Of a DNA stretch of 64,000 nucleotides, positions 12,555 to 26,145 are shown piece by piece. The number at the start of each line of letters is the position of its first letter. Within the stretch, counting starts at the first letter, position 1. The stretch is from positions 198,710,001 to 198,774,000 of the forward strand of contig OZ024740.1 of the NCBI GenBank assembly GCA_964016885.1, in the 5' to 3' direction. Below the pieces are notes generated by a model that did not search any database, was not told the DNA's origin, and was given only the letters and a program-made list of their open reading frames with translations. The stretch comes from Eledone cirrhosa. Taxonomy: Eukaryota. The translations under genes were made by a program, and so were the position numbers.

Positions 12555-14783
12555 GTCGAGTTACATATATATTAGTGAGATATTGACAGCTTGTAAATAT
12601 TTTTCATAAAATGAAAGTTAAAAGCTCCCAGGAAATTAACTAATTTAGTCTGCCTCAAATACAAAGCTATTTCTTAATAGAAATATATTATTTCATAATA
12701 TATTTTTCTCATAAATATTTCTGAATTAAGTTAACGTTGTTTTCATTCCGCCGTGAAAAATTGAAATGCGTCTGGATTTCCTCGCGATATTTAATACACG
12801 AAATTTTAACATTATTTATGCAATTACCGAAGCATAGTTAGTGTTTTCAACTAGATACCATAGCTTAGTAGAGAGAAAAATAGGAAAGGAACGGTCGTGA
12901 AATCAGACCAAGAAAACTGTATCCATTATTCTTTTTCATTTGCCTGTCCCAAAACCTGATAGAAGCGTCGCCGCGCCATTTGAAATCTTATGTCATAAGT
13001 GCTAAACCTGATACTGCAGAGCATCCTGTCAAAATCTTTAATAATTTCCGTAATATTCCATCCAGGGGCTAGTAATGTATCGACTCTGAATTGATGAAGA
13101 GCGAAATTAATCTTACGTGGATTTGCAATCCAACGCTGCCAATTCACCGCAGTAATAAAAAGAGAGAATATTTCTCTGATATTAATGTTATAGGCGTAAT
13201 AATTTGTCGGTGCCAATTCAGTAGGACTATGAATGATTATTCTTCGCTTCTGATGGCATGTTGGTTGTCAATAAACAGAAGAATTCTTATATACGGCAAA
13301 TCTGGAATGAGTGTGACCTCGTCAACGATGAATGTTACAAGTGTTTCATTAATGAAACAAGTGTTTCATTAATGAAACAGCCAGCTCAAGAAGTTAACAT
13401 TCAAGTTGCTGAGCATTTCGCACGCACGTGTACTCATTAATGCAATTCTTGCAATAATTCAGTATGACAGGGTATGTGACACGGTTGGCCCTTTAAATTA
13501 CAGATAAAGCCTATTCGACGGGCTTTTGAAGAGCTTCCGTAATGCCAGATTCAACCACATGTAGGTCAGCCCTAGGGTTTCGGGTTTGCTAAATGATTAT
13601 CGTAAACGTCCAACGCTGCCGTATCCATGATCTATAATGATGAGCCAAGACATAATTATTTTGATTTTGGGGGATGTCTATATATTTGATTATATCGACG
13701 TAGAGTTTAACTGGTAATTGATTTATTGAACACGAGAAAAGGATTAAAAGCATATCAAATCTGATGCGATACGAAGTAAAGTTAATTCTAGTATGTTATA
13801 CAAGTGGGTTTCAACTGGGTGTTATGGTCGATATTCCGAAACATAGAACTTGACAATAATTATTTCATCGGTCATGACATGATGAGAAATCAATTCGATT
13901 TAAGAAACATAACATAACTTCTTGAAATGCTGTCGAGCCCATACACAATTCAGACACAGAAACTATCTGCTAGGCGCATTTTCTGACAGACAGATCACCG
14001 CCTTTCCAGTGACAGGAAATATAACTTGAAAATCAGAAATCAAAATTGGAACAGATACCGTAAAGCATCCCATTTGACACTTTGTCAATTCCACCAATTC
14101 ACAAGCCCTGTACTGGTAAATATTTATCGACTCTGAAAGGACGAAATTCAAATTTGACTTCGACGAATTTGAATTCAGAACGCAAAGAAAACCAATTCAA
14201 ATCCAATTTAACTCAATTATTGATTGTGTAAAGATCAGAGTTGAAATAATTTATGGCAATTCATTTCAAATGAACTTTTTCGAAAATAAAATATTTAAAT
14301 TCAAAGATATTGTCAGAAGAAAACATTTAAATCAATGACTAACTGATTGAAATAAATATTATACAGCAAACATGATATCGATGGTGAACTAGTTTAATGG
14401 AATATACAATAGAGAAGTTGACAACTGGGTTGATATAAATGGGCTGGATTTTAATTTTATGAGAAACAGATTTATTTAATAGCCAGGGAAAAAAATAACG
14501 GAATAGAAAAGGAATCTCGTTAAAAAAAAAAATGAAATAAAAATGGCTGCAGCAATGTTTAAAATGTCTGTGTCCATATTTGAAAAGCTGAAATTATTGC
14601 CTCTATTTATTTTAGAGAATAAGAACGTGTGCTCAGATGCCACCAGATTAGGATTCCCGTTCAACTGCTGAAATAATCCATTTCCTTAGTCATTCTCATA
14701 AATACGAATTTTCTTTCTTTTTCCTGATGTTGTTTTATTGATGTGCAGGTTTGATATCACTACCTTAATTAACACCCCTTCAC

Positions 14784-14920
<137 letters not shown>

Positions 14921-14954
14921 TTAGAGCTTTATTAGTATTAATAATCTTACGGTG

Positions 14955-15382
14955 TATTGGCAGCATCAGTCGGATATCATTCTTTGTGGCATATAGTAAC
15001 GACTCTTTACGCTCTCAGTTCAAATGCCTCCGAGGTTACCTTTGTCTTTCACCGTCATGGGTTTCAAAAATAAAGCACCAACAACTCACCGAGGTCAATT
15101 TAATCGATTTTACCCTCCCCCAAATTGTTGGTTTTGTGCTTAAATCAGAATCCATTATTGATAATAATCCTGTGTGATGGCAACATCAGTAGAGCGCCGG
15201 ACATGCTTTACGGCATATATTTATGACCTTTTAGATTATGCGTTCAAATTACGCCGAGGTTAGCTTTGCCTTTCATCCTAACGAATTCAATAAAATAAAG
15301 TACCTATAACGCACTGGGGTCGATTTAATCGACTTTCTACTTCCCTTCAAATTGCTGGCCAGGTACTAAAAGTAGAAACAAT
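14955..15382 (+). mobile_element. Two adjacent degenerate SINE copies
   Basis: Two tggcarcatcagt...gttcaaat...gaggtta...ctttca units, the second ending aaagtagaaacaa. Confidence 0.7.
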
Positions 15383-15942
15383 CCTTTCTGGCTTATTAGT
15401 TGAAGTAATTAATATAATTGATATCAACAAACACAACCTTTCTTCAACGGGCTATTTTAAATTTAATTTGCATTTCGTTCTTGCTGTTTGTATTTTATTT
15501 TTGTTGGTAGTGTGTTAGTGTTGATCATTTCAATTTTGGTTTCAATAATGGGATATGTTCGTGTTTCTTCGTTATTATAATCAATTCAAGACTGATATGC
15601 CTTAACAAACGAACCAGGCATGAAGAGATAATGCCAAATTTATAATATAACATATTTCAGAATTAGCAATGAAGGATTGAGATAGTGAATTAAAATCCTT
15701 AACAGGAATTTCTTTCCCAACATTTATATGCGTCTTCGAAATCTTTCAATTTCCTCCTTGAATGCCTGTATGTGCGTATGACTCTGTTGGAGTAATGTGC
15801 TAAACATTCTTATAATTTATGAACTGTGATAATCTAATTTTTAGAGAAATTGGACCGGAATTAATTAAGTTTTCATTAAGATTATTTGTGATTCAACTGT
15901 GAAAAAATAAATAAAGCACCGTACACACACACACACACACAT

Positions 15943-16000
<58 letters not shown>

Positions 16001-16094
16001 TTATATGTAGAAATATCCGTAGGTGTGAAAAAGTAGAAAGGAAACCACTGCTCAATCAGGAAGAGAGCTGATGTATTATATGATGTATTATATG

Positions 16095-16164
<70 letters not shown>

Positions 16165-16590
16165 ATTATTTGTTTTTGTTTTGCAATTATTTTTTCAGAT
16201 CAGAAAACCGTTTAAAAGACCAGTCTATTTATAGTGTCGAGACGTGATATGCTAATTCGAGTTCATAGTTTAGGAGCATAACGCGTCAGAAAACATAACT
16301 CGAAAGCAATTGAATGAACATAATAAATAAAGAGCAATTAAAATGCTAAAAAGCAAATCTATTTCTTCCTCTCTTCTTCCTATTATATTTATTTAAAATT
16401 ATTACACACGATTTACATCGGATCCACTTTCACAATGTTTGATTCTGCCAATGAACAATGTCTAATAGGTGAGATAATTGTAAACTTGGAAACTGGGATT
16501 GGTATTCATTCTTTATTATAATCTTATAATGTATGATGTGAATGCAATGCACTGTATTCCAAACCAAATATATACATGGATATATATATA

Positions 16591-16745
16591 ATTATTTCTA
16601 CTTTTGGCACAAGGCCAGAAATTATCCGAGTGCATTACTGGTACTTTATTTCATCGACCCTGTAAGGATGAAAGGCAAAGTTAACCTCGGCGGGATTTGA
16701 AGAGCATGGCGTCCGACTCTCTACCGATACTGCCAATCCCCCGGA
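16591..16745 (-). mobile_element. Internally deleted SINE copy
   Basis: SINE consensus lacking the segment between the B-box and agcatggcgtcc. Confidence 0.85.
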
Positions 16746-17554
16746 AGACCTTATGTCTAACTCTATCGCAATAATATTCCAACCGCCAACAGTGTATGAC
16801 CTTCTACAAACGGAAATAAATACACAATGTATTATTTCCCCCACATTTTAAGCGGTGCTGTTTCTACTTCCACAGGTATCCTAAATCGCGTAAAAGTGCA
16901 ACTTGTATAATCGGGTTCATGTTTCTTACTGCAACTGTCAAGTCTTTGGTCATCGGACTTCCTCTCTCGTATTATTAATTAGATATGTGCTCCTTTCAGC
17001 TAGCTAGTATCATGTCACTTACAAGCAGACACGCCCATGCCCCATGTCTCTCTTCTCATCAACTATATTGAGTCCAACACACTCAGACACCTCATTACAT
17101 TCAGTCCAGTTATTTCTTTCCCAGACCACCAGTTTTCTGAATCCCTCTTTTTATTCATATTCTTAGTAAAGGAGTGAACCTGAAACAATTTGAACAGAAC
17201 ATTGATGACAGCGGTCTTTCTGGTCTAGGGGACAGCTGTAAAAGTGATGGGAAAAGCTTCCTTCACTAAATTTAGCAAATATTTGCCATGGGAAATAAAT
17301 TACGTCGATTTCGCTTGCATTTTACACGTTTTAGAAGATTTGATAGTCATATTATAAAAAATGTCACCCCTATAAAATGGTTTATATATAAATAAATCAG
17401 GCCAGTTGAGGGCATACGTTAACGATAGAATACTGTGGTATACAGAATATGAAATTAAGTAAATGTACATGACAGTGATGTAAAGCAAAGAAGGTAAAAT
17501 ATGCCTACAAATGTATTCATTGGCCAATAAAGCAGATACTATTGCATCTAAATT

Positions 17555-19160
17555 CAGAGAACTCCCTTAGCAAACTGAAGACATTGAGACAGAGTGGAGA
17601 AAATTGTCCAGCTCAGCAGTTTCTCAGCAAGGTGCATCATCCAGAGGTAGAGTGAGTACTTTGCTGATCAACTTAACGCGATCACACACGCACCTAAGTG
17701 TGGCGACTAATTTCTCAAATGCTGGGGTTAAATAAGTAGTTAAAGACCTCAAACGTGACAAGGCCACCGGGGAAGATGAAATCCGACCCGAGAGGTTAAC
17801 AGCAGTAAATACAGAGGGTATTATCTGGCTAACTAGTGTGTAACATGTGGTCTGGATCTCTGGAAAACTACCTAAGCAATGGCAATCGGGAGTGATAATC
17901 CCAAATTTCAAGCACGGAGACAAGAATGATTGTTCCAATTAGAGAGAGGGATCTTGTTGTTAAGCCTCCCCGGTAGGGTGATGAACGAACATTGTCGAGT
18001 CAAAGCTAGCTTGTTGGTGAACTGTGCGGTTTTCGCCCCGAACGTAGCACAGTCAACCAAATATTTACTCGGTGGTAGGTCTTCAATATATTGTGGGAGT
18101 TTTGTCAGGACGTATAATATTGTTTTGTAGACCTCAAAAAGGCATATAACAGCGTTCCTCGGGAACTGGTGTGGAAGGGTCTGCAGGAGTATGGGTTCGA
18201 TTGTCAGTTTCTTTTTGCCCCGATGTTTCTAATTGAATACCCGAGTATTTGTGTTCGGATCAATGGTGCTAAATAGAAACCATTCAATGTGCAATCGGCC
18301 TTCATCATGGGTGCGTACTGTCACCTCTCCTATTCACTCTTTTCATGAACAGGAGTAACATGCGCAGTTGTATTGAAAGAGGTATCATGACTAGTAGGTG
18401 TAGAATCAGTCGGCTAGAATTTGCAGACGAGATCGTGTTACTTAACTCGACAAAAGTTAATTTCTGACGTGCATGTGATTCCAAGTTCTGCATGTGAATT
18501 GAGTTCAGGGGGAGAATGTCACGTATCTCAAGAGGCTGAATTAAGTGCAACAATTGCAGGAGGTGTTGCAGTAAGGTACGTGCTTCAGCATTCAGTAATC
18601 AGGAGGAGTGATGTTGGTATAACATCCAACATCGCTATTTTCAATTAAGTATTCGTGACACCCCTTACAAATGGTAATGAATCTGGGGTAATGAGCGAAA
18701 GAATACGATCGCGAATACAAACGACCGAAATAGTGTTCCTTCGAAGACTTTGGAGTTACGTTAATTGAAAGAATGCGTAGCTCGGAAATCAGAGAGTCAC
18801 TCCCCATAGTGACACAACGTCTCCCAAGTGAGAGATCAGTAGTTGTGATTGTTGTTAGAACGTCTTAGGAAAGCATCGCTGGACAAATTTCACGCGCAAA
18901 ATTAATTGGCAGGGGAATGAGGCTCAGACAAATGCCAAGATGATTGGATAATAATTATGAGCTTGGCTGGTCTCATTTGGGTATCGAGCTGGATTAGTGG
19001 GGGATGGCTGCTTCTGACAAGATCTCTTTGAGAACTCTGCTCCCAAGACTCTCTCAGAAATAAGTGCGCGAAGAAGAAGAAGAAGAAGAAGAAGAAGAAG
19101 AAGAAGAAGAAGAAGAAGAAGAAGAAGAAGAAGAAGAAGAAGAAGAAGAAGAAGAAGAAG
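17555..19160 (+). mobile_element. Decayed RTE-clade LINE (reverse transcriptase region) ending in a (GAA)n tail
   Basis: WQSGVIIPNFKHGDKNDCSN, LLSLPGRV, FVDLKKAYNSVPRELVWKGLQEYG, GCVLSPLLF, LEFADEIVLL; (GAA)n at 19071-19160. Confidence 0.85.
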
Positions 19161-19599
19161 CTTTACCTGTAAATAGGCTGAGCCACTTTAAGTGAGATGT
19201 GTATTTACGGGGACATTTGCTGCTATCTGAATAGGGAGGAACCATCAACAGTTTGAATGGTCAAGTAGATCATAGGATTGATAAAATTGTTTTTTGAATT
19301 GTGTTACATGAAAGGAAAGGTATTCCTTTAATCTCTATAGTTGGAGGAAATTCCATCCATGTTATCCCGATATAATAGAGTTCAATCGTGGAGTACACAA
19401 TAGCAAATAGAAGAATCAGTTACATCTACTACAGGTCGAACAAGTGTGTTTGGGGTCCTTAGTAATTCTTCTCAAATATCTATTACCTTTGTGAATATCA
19501 ATTCTAACGAACATCAATGATATACAGGTGCAGTGGAGTTGATAAATTTATCTGTCGGTGTTTGAACACGCACACACATACACACATAAACGCACACTC

Positions 19600-19689
<90 letters not shown>

Positions 19690-19739
19690 CAAATACATAT
19701 ATATATATCCATAAATACATCCATTTAAATATGTTATAT

Positions 19740-20260
<521 letters not shown>

Positions 20261-21199
20261 TATATACACGCACGCATATACATGGGCAAGCGGACATATA
20301 CATAGATACACACTCATATACATACACCCACATACATTCGAAGCACATAAACAGAGAAATATACCGTTCATTGGTGAACCTTTTGTGACATTATACAATA
20401 CATGAATCAAATAGCTGTTGACAGAATTTCAATATCAAAGAATTATAATTCCCAAGCATCAATACATTTATTTTCATATGGAGGGTACGGAATATGTATT
20501 CCATATTTTCAACGTAAGGGCTTCATTTTCTGAGAATGAAAATGATATTGTATTATCAACGTTTATTTTCCCCTCTTGTTCTTATCAGTGAGTTTGCAAT
20601 ATCAAATATATTCGCTCAAACTAGTACTCAAACTTACACTTTCTAAGGAAATGGCAGAGTCGCTAGATCGTCGGAGGTATGGTTTCTTGTTATACGTTCA
20701 AACTCTTTGCGCTCTGAATACAAACCTCACCGAAGTCATCTTTGCTTTTCATTCTTTTTAGGTCAATGAATAAACTACCAGTCCAATTTTGATGTTGATT
20801 CTTTTTCTATATATCATTCACACATTTCCCTGTACCATAGACGTAAAAAAACCCCGACATTGAATACTTTACGTAATTTAAGTCATGATAATTCAGACTG
20901 TAAATAAAACCCTTTTTTGTACTGTTGACATATGTTATTCTTCACTTTTTGAATATTATTATTACTCCAAGATAAACTTACATAGGAAAAGAAGTGAAAT
21001 CATAAACTCGCCACCTACGTAACCCCATTGTTGAATCAAACAACGCCGTACGCTAAAACTATCCATAATACGAAGTATTCACAACCTCTAACTGGATTAC
21101 CTAAAACGATATTTTGTTATCCCTTATATATATATATATATATATATGAAAGACGTAAATAAGAAAGTTATGAAAATTGACTTACTTACTAAAATTTCA

Positions 21200-21278
21200 C
21201 TCCAACTAATTAGTTTCTGTAAGGGGATAACTATGGTTACGGAGCGTATCCATAGAGAAGCCTTACATCATCAGGGAG
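21200..21278 (-). ncRNA. Type I hammerhead ribozyme (retrozyme copy 1)
   Basis: CUCC CUGAUGA UGUAAGG...CCUUACA GAAAC UAAUUA GUU GGAG: 7-bp stem II base, palindromic stem III ACUAAUUAGU. Confidence 0.93.
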
Positions 21279-21723
21279 TCTATTCTCAGCTAAGCTTCCA
21301 GGCAATGCTGGAACAGTGGGAACTTATATAAAAATAATTCAGTGGATGGAAAAAAGCGAGCGGGGGCTAGATTCCAAGACATTGAAAAATTCACTGCCTA
21401 CTTGGTCAGTGGCAAATTCAAAAGAATCAATCACGTGACACTGAGGTTAATCAGTTAGGAGTGGGGGGTGCTATTAAGACAGAGCCTAGCTACTACTATT
21501 AATCACAGTAGTAATTTCGGCAAGTTTTGCTCAACAAATAATTTGGAGATAATTATAAAGAATTAGTATATCTACCAACATATGTATACAGATGCATACC
21601 TATGTTAGCAAATATATTTTTTGTCTTAGTAACTTTGTGGTTCAATGCAAGGGGATGCAGAACAATTATATGAAAGACGTAAATAAGAAAGTTATGAAAA
21701 TTGACTTACTTACTAAAATTTCA

Positions 21724-21802
21724 CTCCAACTAATTAGTTTCTGTAAGGGGATAAATATGGTTACGGAGCGTCACTATAGAGAAGCCTTACGTCATCAGGG
21801 AG
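21724..21802 (-). ncRNA. Type I hammerhead ribozyme (retrozyme copy 2)
   Basis: Same motif 524 nt from copy 1; C.A at the first stem II pair. Confidence 0.9.
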
Positions 21803-22104
21803 TCTATTCTCAGCTAAGCTTCCAGGCAATGCGGGGACACTGGGAACTTATATAAATATAATTCAGTGGATGGAAAAAAGCGAGCGGGGGCTAGATTCCA
21901 AGACATTGAAAAATTCACTGCCTACTTGGTCAAGTGGCAAATTCAAAAGAATCAATCACGTAACACTGAGGTTAATCAGCTAGGAGTGAGGGTTATTTTC
22001 AATGTCTTGGAATCTAGCCCTCGCTCGCTTTTTTCCATCCACTGAATTATTTTTATATAAGTTCCCAGTTTCCCCGCATTGCCTGGAACTTAGCTGAGAA
22101 TAGA

Positions 22105-22183
22105 CTCCCTGATGACGTAAGGATTCTCTATGGGGAGGCTACGTAACCATATTTATCCCCTTACAGAAACTAATTAGTTGGAG
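22105..22183 (+). ncRNA. Type I hammerhead ribozyme (retrozyme copy 3, inverted arm)
   Basis: ctcc ctgatga cgtaagg...ccttaca gaaac taatta gtt ggag read directly. Confidence 0.9.
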
Positions 22184-22611
22184 TGAAATTTTAGTAAGTA
22201 AGTCAATTTTCATAACTTTCTTATTTACGTCTTTCATATAATTGTTCTGCATCCCCTTGCATTGAACCACAAAGTTACTAAGACAAAACTTATATATTTG
22301 CTAACATAGGTATGCATCTGTATACATATGTTGGTAGATATACTAATTCTTTATAATTATCTCCAAAGTATTTGTTGAGCAAAACTTGCCGAAATTACTA
22401 CTGTGATTAATAGTAGTGGCTAGGCTCTGTCTTAATAGCACCCCCACTCCTAACTGATTAACCTCAGTGTCACGTGATTGATTCTTTTGAATTTGCCACT
22501 TTATCAAGTAGGCAGTGAATTTTTCAATGTCTTGGAATCTAGCCCCCGCTCGCTTTTTTCCATCCACTGAATTATTTTTATATAAGTTCCCACTGTTCCA
22601 GCATATATATA

Positions 22612-23010
22612 TATTAAAATACAAATATTAATAAAATAGATGTTCTTTTTATCAATTACATTTTATGATACATATTTCAGATGTAGAACAGTACGTCCTC
22701 ATCAGACAAAATATAATGATACATGACATACCCTGACATGTTAAATTGTTAAGATTTAATGGTTAAGATTTAATCTTAACCATTTAACATCTCAGGGTAT
22801 GTCATGTATCATTATATTTTGTCATATGAGCACGTACTTTTGTACAATTGAAATACGTATAATAAAATGTAATTGATAAAAAGAACATCTATTTTATTAA
22901 TATTTGTATTTTAATATTAATAACGCTGGAAAATTATTTTTCCTAGGGTGCTTCCAATCTACTGTAAAACTCATTCTTTGATATGCTCATTGAATATTGT
23001 TTAACTCTTT
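22612..23010. mobile_element. Small two-armed foldback element with hammerhead
   Basis: 22612-22770 is the reverse complement of 22771-22917; the plus arm continues about 90 nt further to (TA)n. Confidence 0.8.
22660..22712 (-). ncRNA. Minimal type I hammerhead ribozyme
   Basis: AUUUUGU CUGAUGA GGACGUA...UACAUCU GAAAU AUGU AUC AUAAAAU; a decayed mirror copy lies at about 22816-22868. Confidence 0.8.
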
Positions 23011-24185
23011 AATATATATATATATATATATAGTACCACCACCAGCCATTCTCTGCATCAACCGCACTATATATCTTAGTGGTTAGAGCTTCGGATTCGC
23101 AATTATAAGCAAGAAACTTTATTTCACGTTCCTCCGTTTTACACAGCTGTAGAAATATGTTTCGAGGTCACTGGTGTCAAGCTGTATCGTCATTTGCCTT
23201 TCCCTAGGAAGGGAAAAATTCTAGGTGCAATTCTCAGAATCGAACTCACAACCTCTCAATTGCAACTGGAGTTCTAAACGATAAGTCATGCGTCTTCAGT
23301 TATGACATTTCTAAATACACACACATGTGTGTGTGTGTGTATTTATACGTTTTCAAATTGCTTATTAATTACTTAATACGATTTTCTAATTTTTATATAT
23401 TTATATTTCTTCTTTTATTTTCGTAATTTACATATGCATTTATATTTATTTTATATATTTTGTATATTTCTAAATAGGTTTTTTTAAATATTATCTTCTT
23501 ATTTCTTAGAAATAGATTCTAGCTTTGGGGTAATTTGAACTCATAAAGCTCAGAGCTGATCAATTGCGAAACACGTGCCAATACTAATATAAATAACCAG
23601 TTGCGATATGAATCGTTGGAAACATTTAGTGTTACTAAGGAACGTGAGAATGTGTACACAACACATGGTGAGTAATGTTATTCTGGAGTTTCACGTGATC
23701 ATCAATCATGACAATAATCGATCATTATTAAAGTTGAACAAATCACGTACAGTACTCAAGGAGAAAGGAAAAAGTGGACATGAGTTCTTGCAAGGATATC
23801 GAACTCCAAATATCTTGGATGTTGGACGAGAGCAAGTAATCCATTACTCCAAGGACCACTTGAACTTTGCTGTCTTTTAGAAGGTTTTAAGCCTGTTCCT
23901 AGAATTGTATACAGTCAGTTGATTTAATAACCATTGGGAAAATTTGAATATCATTATAATCATCTGCATTGGGACGGCTACTTTTCATATTTGAAATATT
24001 TCCAGCGATTATTATCTTAGACGAATGTTTACATATCTAGGTACAGTGCTGAAATATAAACACCGAATATATTTTCCAATCAAAATTTTGTAATATATAT
24101 CTGTACACATTAAGATCATATCCAGTGCAATATTACTTTCCATTGCATGCACTCCATAAATAATATATATATATGAAAATGTTTA

Positions 24186-24280
24186 ACCCCGTCGGTAGAG
24201 CTCAAGCCGTTTCGACGGCTATTTCTGGACTAAATTAGAAGTTTTAGCATGGTAATAACTAGCCGAACTTTTCAAGGGGT
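24186..24280 (-). ncRNA. Type I hammerhead of element A (U3-A8 core; this copy has GAC at the cleavage triplet)
   Basis: ACCCC UUGAAAA G..CGGCUA...UAGCCG.C GAAAC GGC..ACC GAC GGGGU; second copy at 26535-26627 (+) retains GCC GUC. Confidence 0.75.
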
Positions 24281-24875
24281 AATTCCTTATACGGGAAGAT
24301 TGTAGTTGTCAAAAGGATTGGTCAAAATTGTTTGTAAAACACAATTAAATCTTTCATGGCAGTAGGTGGCAGGTGGTGATGGCTGAACTTGCCTGTAGAA
24401 CAATGAGGGAGTGGGTGGAGCCGGTCAAGCGTTGAAAATGAATTCTATGCAGCAAATTCTAAGGAGTGTGTATGAAATTAGGCTAGCTAGAAAGCAGGCG
24501 AAAAAGGATTCTGGAGGAATTTGAGAGTCGGACGTTATAGAATTAAAAGGTTAATAAATTGAGATGAAAGATAATAAATAAAAAAAGGAAAAATAATAAA
24601 TTTAAGTAGTAAAATGTAATAAAAAAATCTCTAGAGTCTAAAGCAGCTGCTATATTTTTATTTAGTATTGCGTTTTCGGCCAATGCTATATACACTTTAC
24701 TGGGGTAGGGGTACTGAGGCTACAAAAGCCCGATCGGCTGCCTCGGTGTAGGCGAAAGAGGAAAAAGGAAAAGGAAGAGGAGAGCGAGTGGAGGGAGTGA
24801 TAAGAAGAGATAAAAGGAAAAGAAAAGAAAAAAGAAAAAAAAGAAAAAATACATCTACATATGTAAGCGAGGTTT

Positions 24876-24950
24876 CCCCTATCGTGTTCGGCAAGTGGGG
24901 AAAAGACGGATGTTGCAGCCATTGTCTACCCACCCGGGTCATGAGAGGGT
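24876..24950 (-). promoter_or_regulatory. SECIS-like stem-loop at the end of the element A ORF
   Basis: CCCUCUC AUGAC C CGGGUGGG U AGAC AA...GUCU UUUC CCCACUUG C CGAA CAC GAUAGGG: helix I, AUGA/GA core, helix II, unpaired AA. Confidence 0.4.
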
Positions 24951-26145
24951 TTGAGGGCGAGGTATGTCCTACGCAATTGGTGTTTACATGCAGTTACAAG
25001 TTCGTCTTTTTTGTTTAGGACTAGGTCCTTCGTGAACAGGATTTGTAATGTTTCCTCCGAGTATAAGTAACATGGACGGCGTCTTCTCGAGTAGGAGTTA
25101 CCCCAGGACAGTAAGCTCCAAGTAAGATTGTATGTTATGTTATTATCTTGGAGGTCCCAGATGTTGCCCGAAAGTGTAGTGGCATGCCGCCGTTCCGAGT
25201 TTCGGAACGTATGTCGGTGCTGGTAGAGCCGGGTCTTAAAGTCACAAGCGTTTAATCCTATAGAGGCTGTGTTGGAGGTTTCCGTCCTCACGTTACATTG
25301 GTAGATCAAGTTAAATTCTCGGCATCTGTTGTTGAGGGGGTACGTAGATCTATCAAGTCAGTTACACCTCCTAGTCGGCTCTCCACTAATGTCTAGGTTG
25401 TTTCTTCCATAGGGGTTGAGTTTCTTGTTGTCTGAGGAGGCGATATTTTGTGCGAAGTTGGGTGTGGCGCTGTAGGAGAGTTTGATAGTGTTTTTGTTGA
25501 TCATGATGTGGTATCTGTGTTGTGGTGGGAAGTGTTTTTCGAGGAGCCTAAAGAAGATTTTTCCGATTGGTGTTGCCACCTCGGCATTGTAGCGACGGTT
25601 GAACCACGTTACGTGGCGTGAGCGGCGGCGTCGCCTGCTATTTCCGCTAAGGAAAGCTAAATAAAAGGAGATTTCCTCCCGAAAGCCGCTTCGCTTGAGG
25701 GCCTGGTTGTTTACGGACAAGATCTGTACTACTGGGGTTGTAGCCTTTTAGGGTAAGGAGCCCAACCTCTCGGTACAATCCACCGCGGAATGCAGGAAAC
25801 ATTTCGGTGAGTTTATATAGTAAGAATAATCCTATAAGATCGGTCACCTCAACCGAATCGGTGGAGCCCATACTGACGTCGAAGGGGGAGTCGGGAGCTC
25901 TCTTTATCCACTTGGAGTTGTCTAAAAGGAGGACTGTCTTTCTGGCGTGGAGAATGATGTTTCTTTCCTAGTCGGTGATGGGTGTGAGTGTTTCGGCAAA
26001 GTCCAAAGCGGCGTAAGGAGCGGTAAGGTAATAGAGGCGTAATAGCTCTCTATGTCGAACTGGATGAAGTTGGTGTCCTATTGGTTCTCAAAATTCCTGA
26101 ACCATGAGATGACTTCCTGGGTGCCACCCCAGTAAATTATGTATA
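24926..26145 (-). pseudogene. Element A RT + zinc-finger + GIY-YIG endonuclease ORF remnant
   Basis: ORFs 25647-25871, 25358-25720 and 24926-25309; the last two are in frame across a single TGA at 25358-25360. Confidence 0.9.

Larger units (their letters stand above)
21146..22603. mobile_element. Non-LTR retrozyme-like element: 524-nt HHR-bearing monomer in tandem plus an inverted arm
   Basis: 21146-21995 is about 1.6 tandem units (minus sense) and 21996-22603 is an inverted copy; three HHRs; no credible ORF; (TA)n flanks. Confidence 0.9.

Noticed and set aside
12926-13440. Overlapping ORFs of 60-96 aa
   Set aside because: Partly a degenerate SINE; no domain motifs or splice support
21146-21855. 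Repeated small ORF MKDVNKKVMKID...
   Set aside because: Antisense to the hammerhead, short and without recognisable motifs; explained by the tandem repeat
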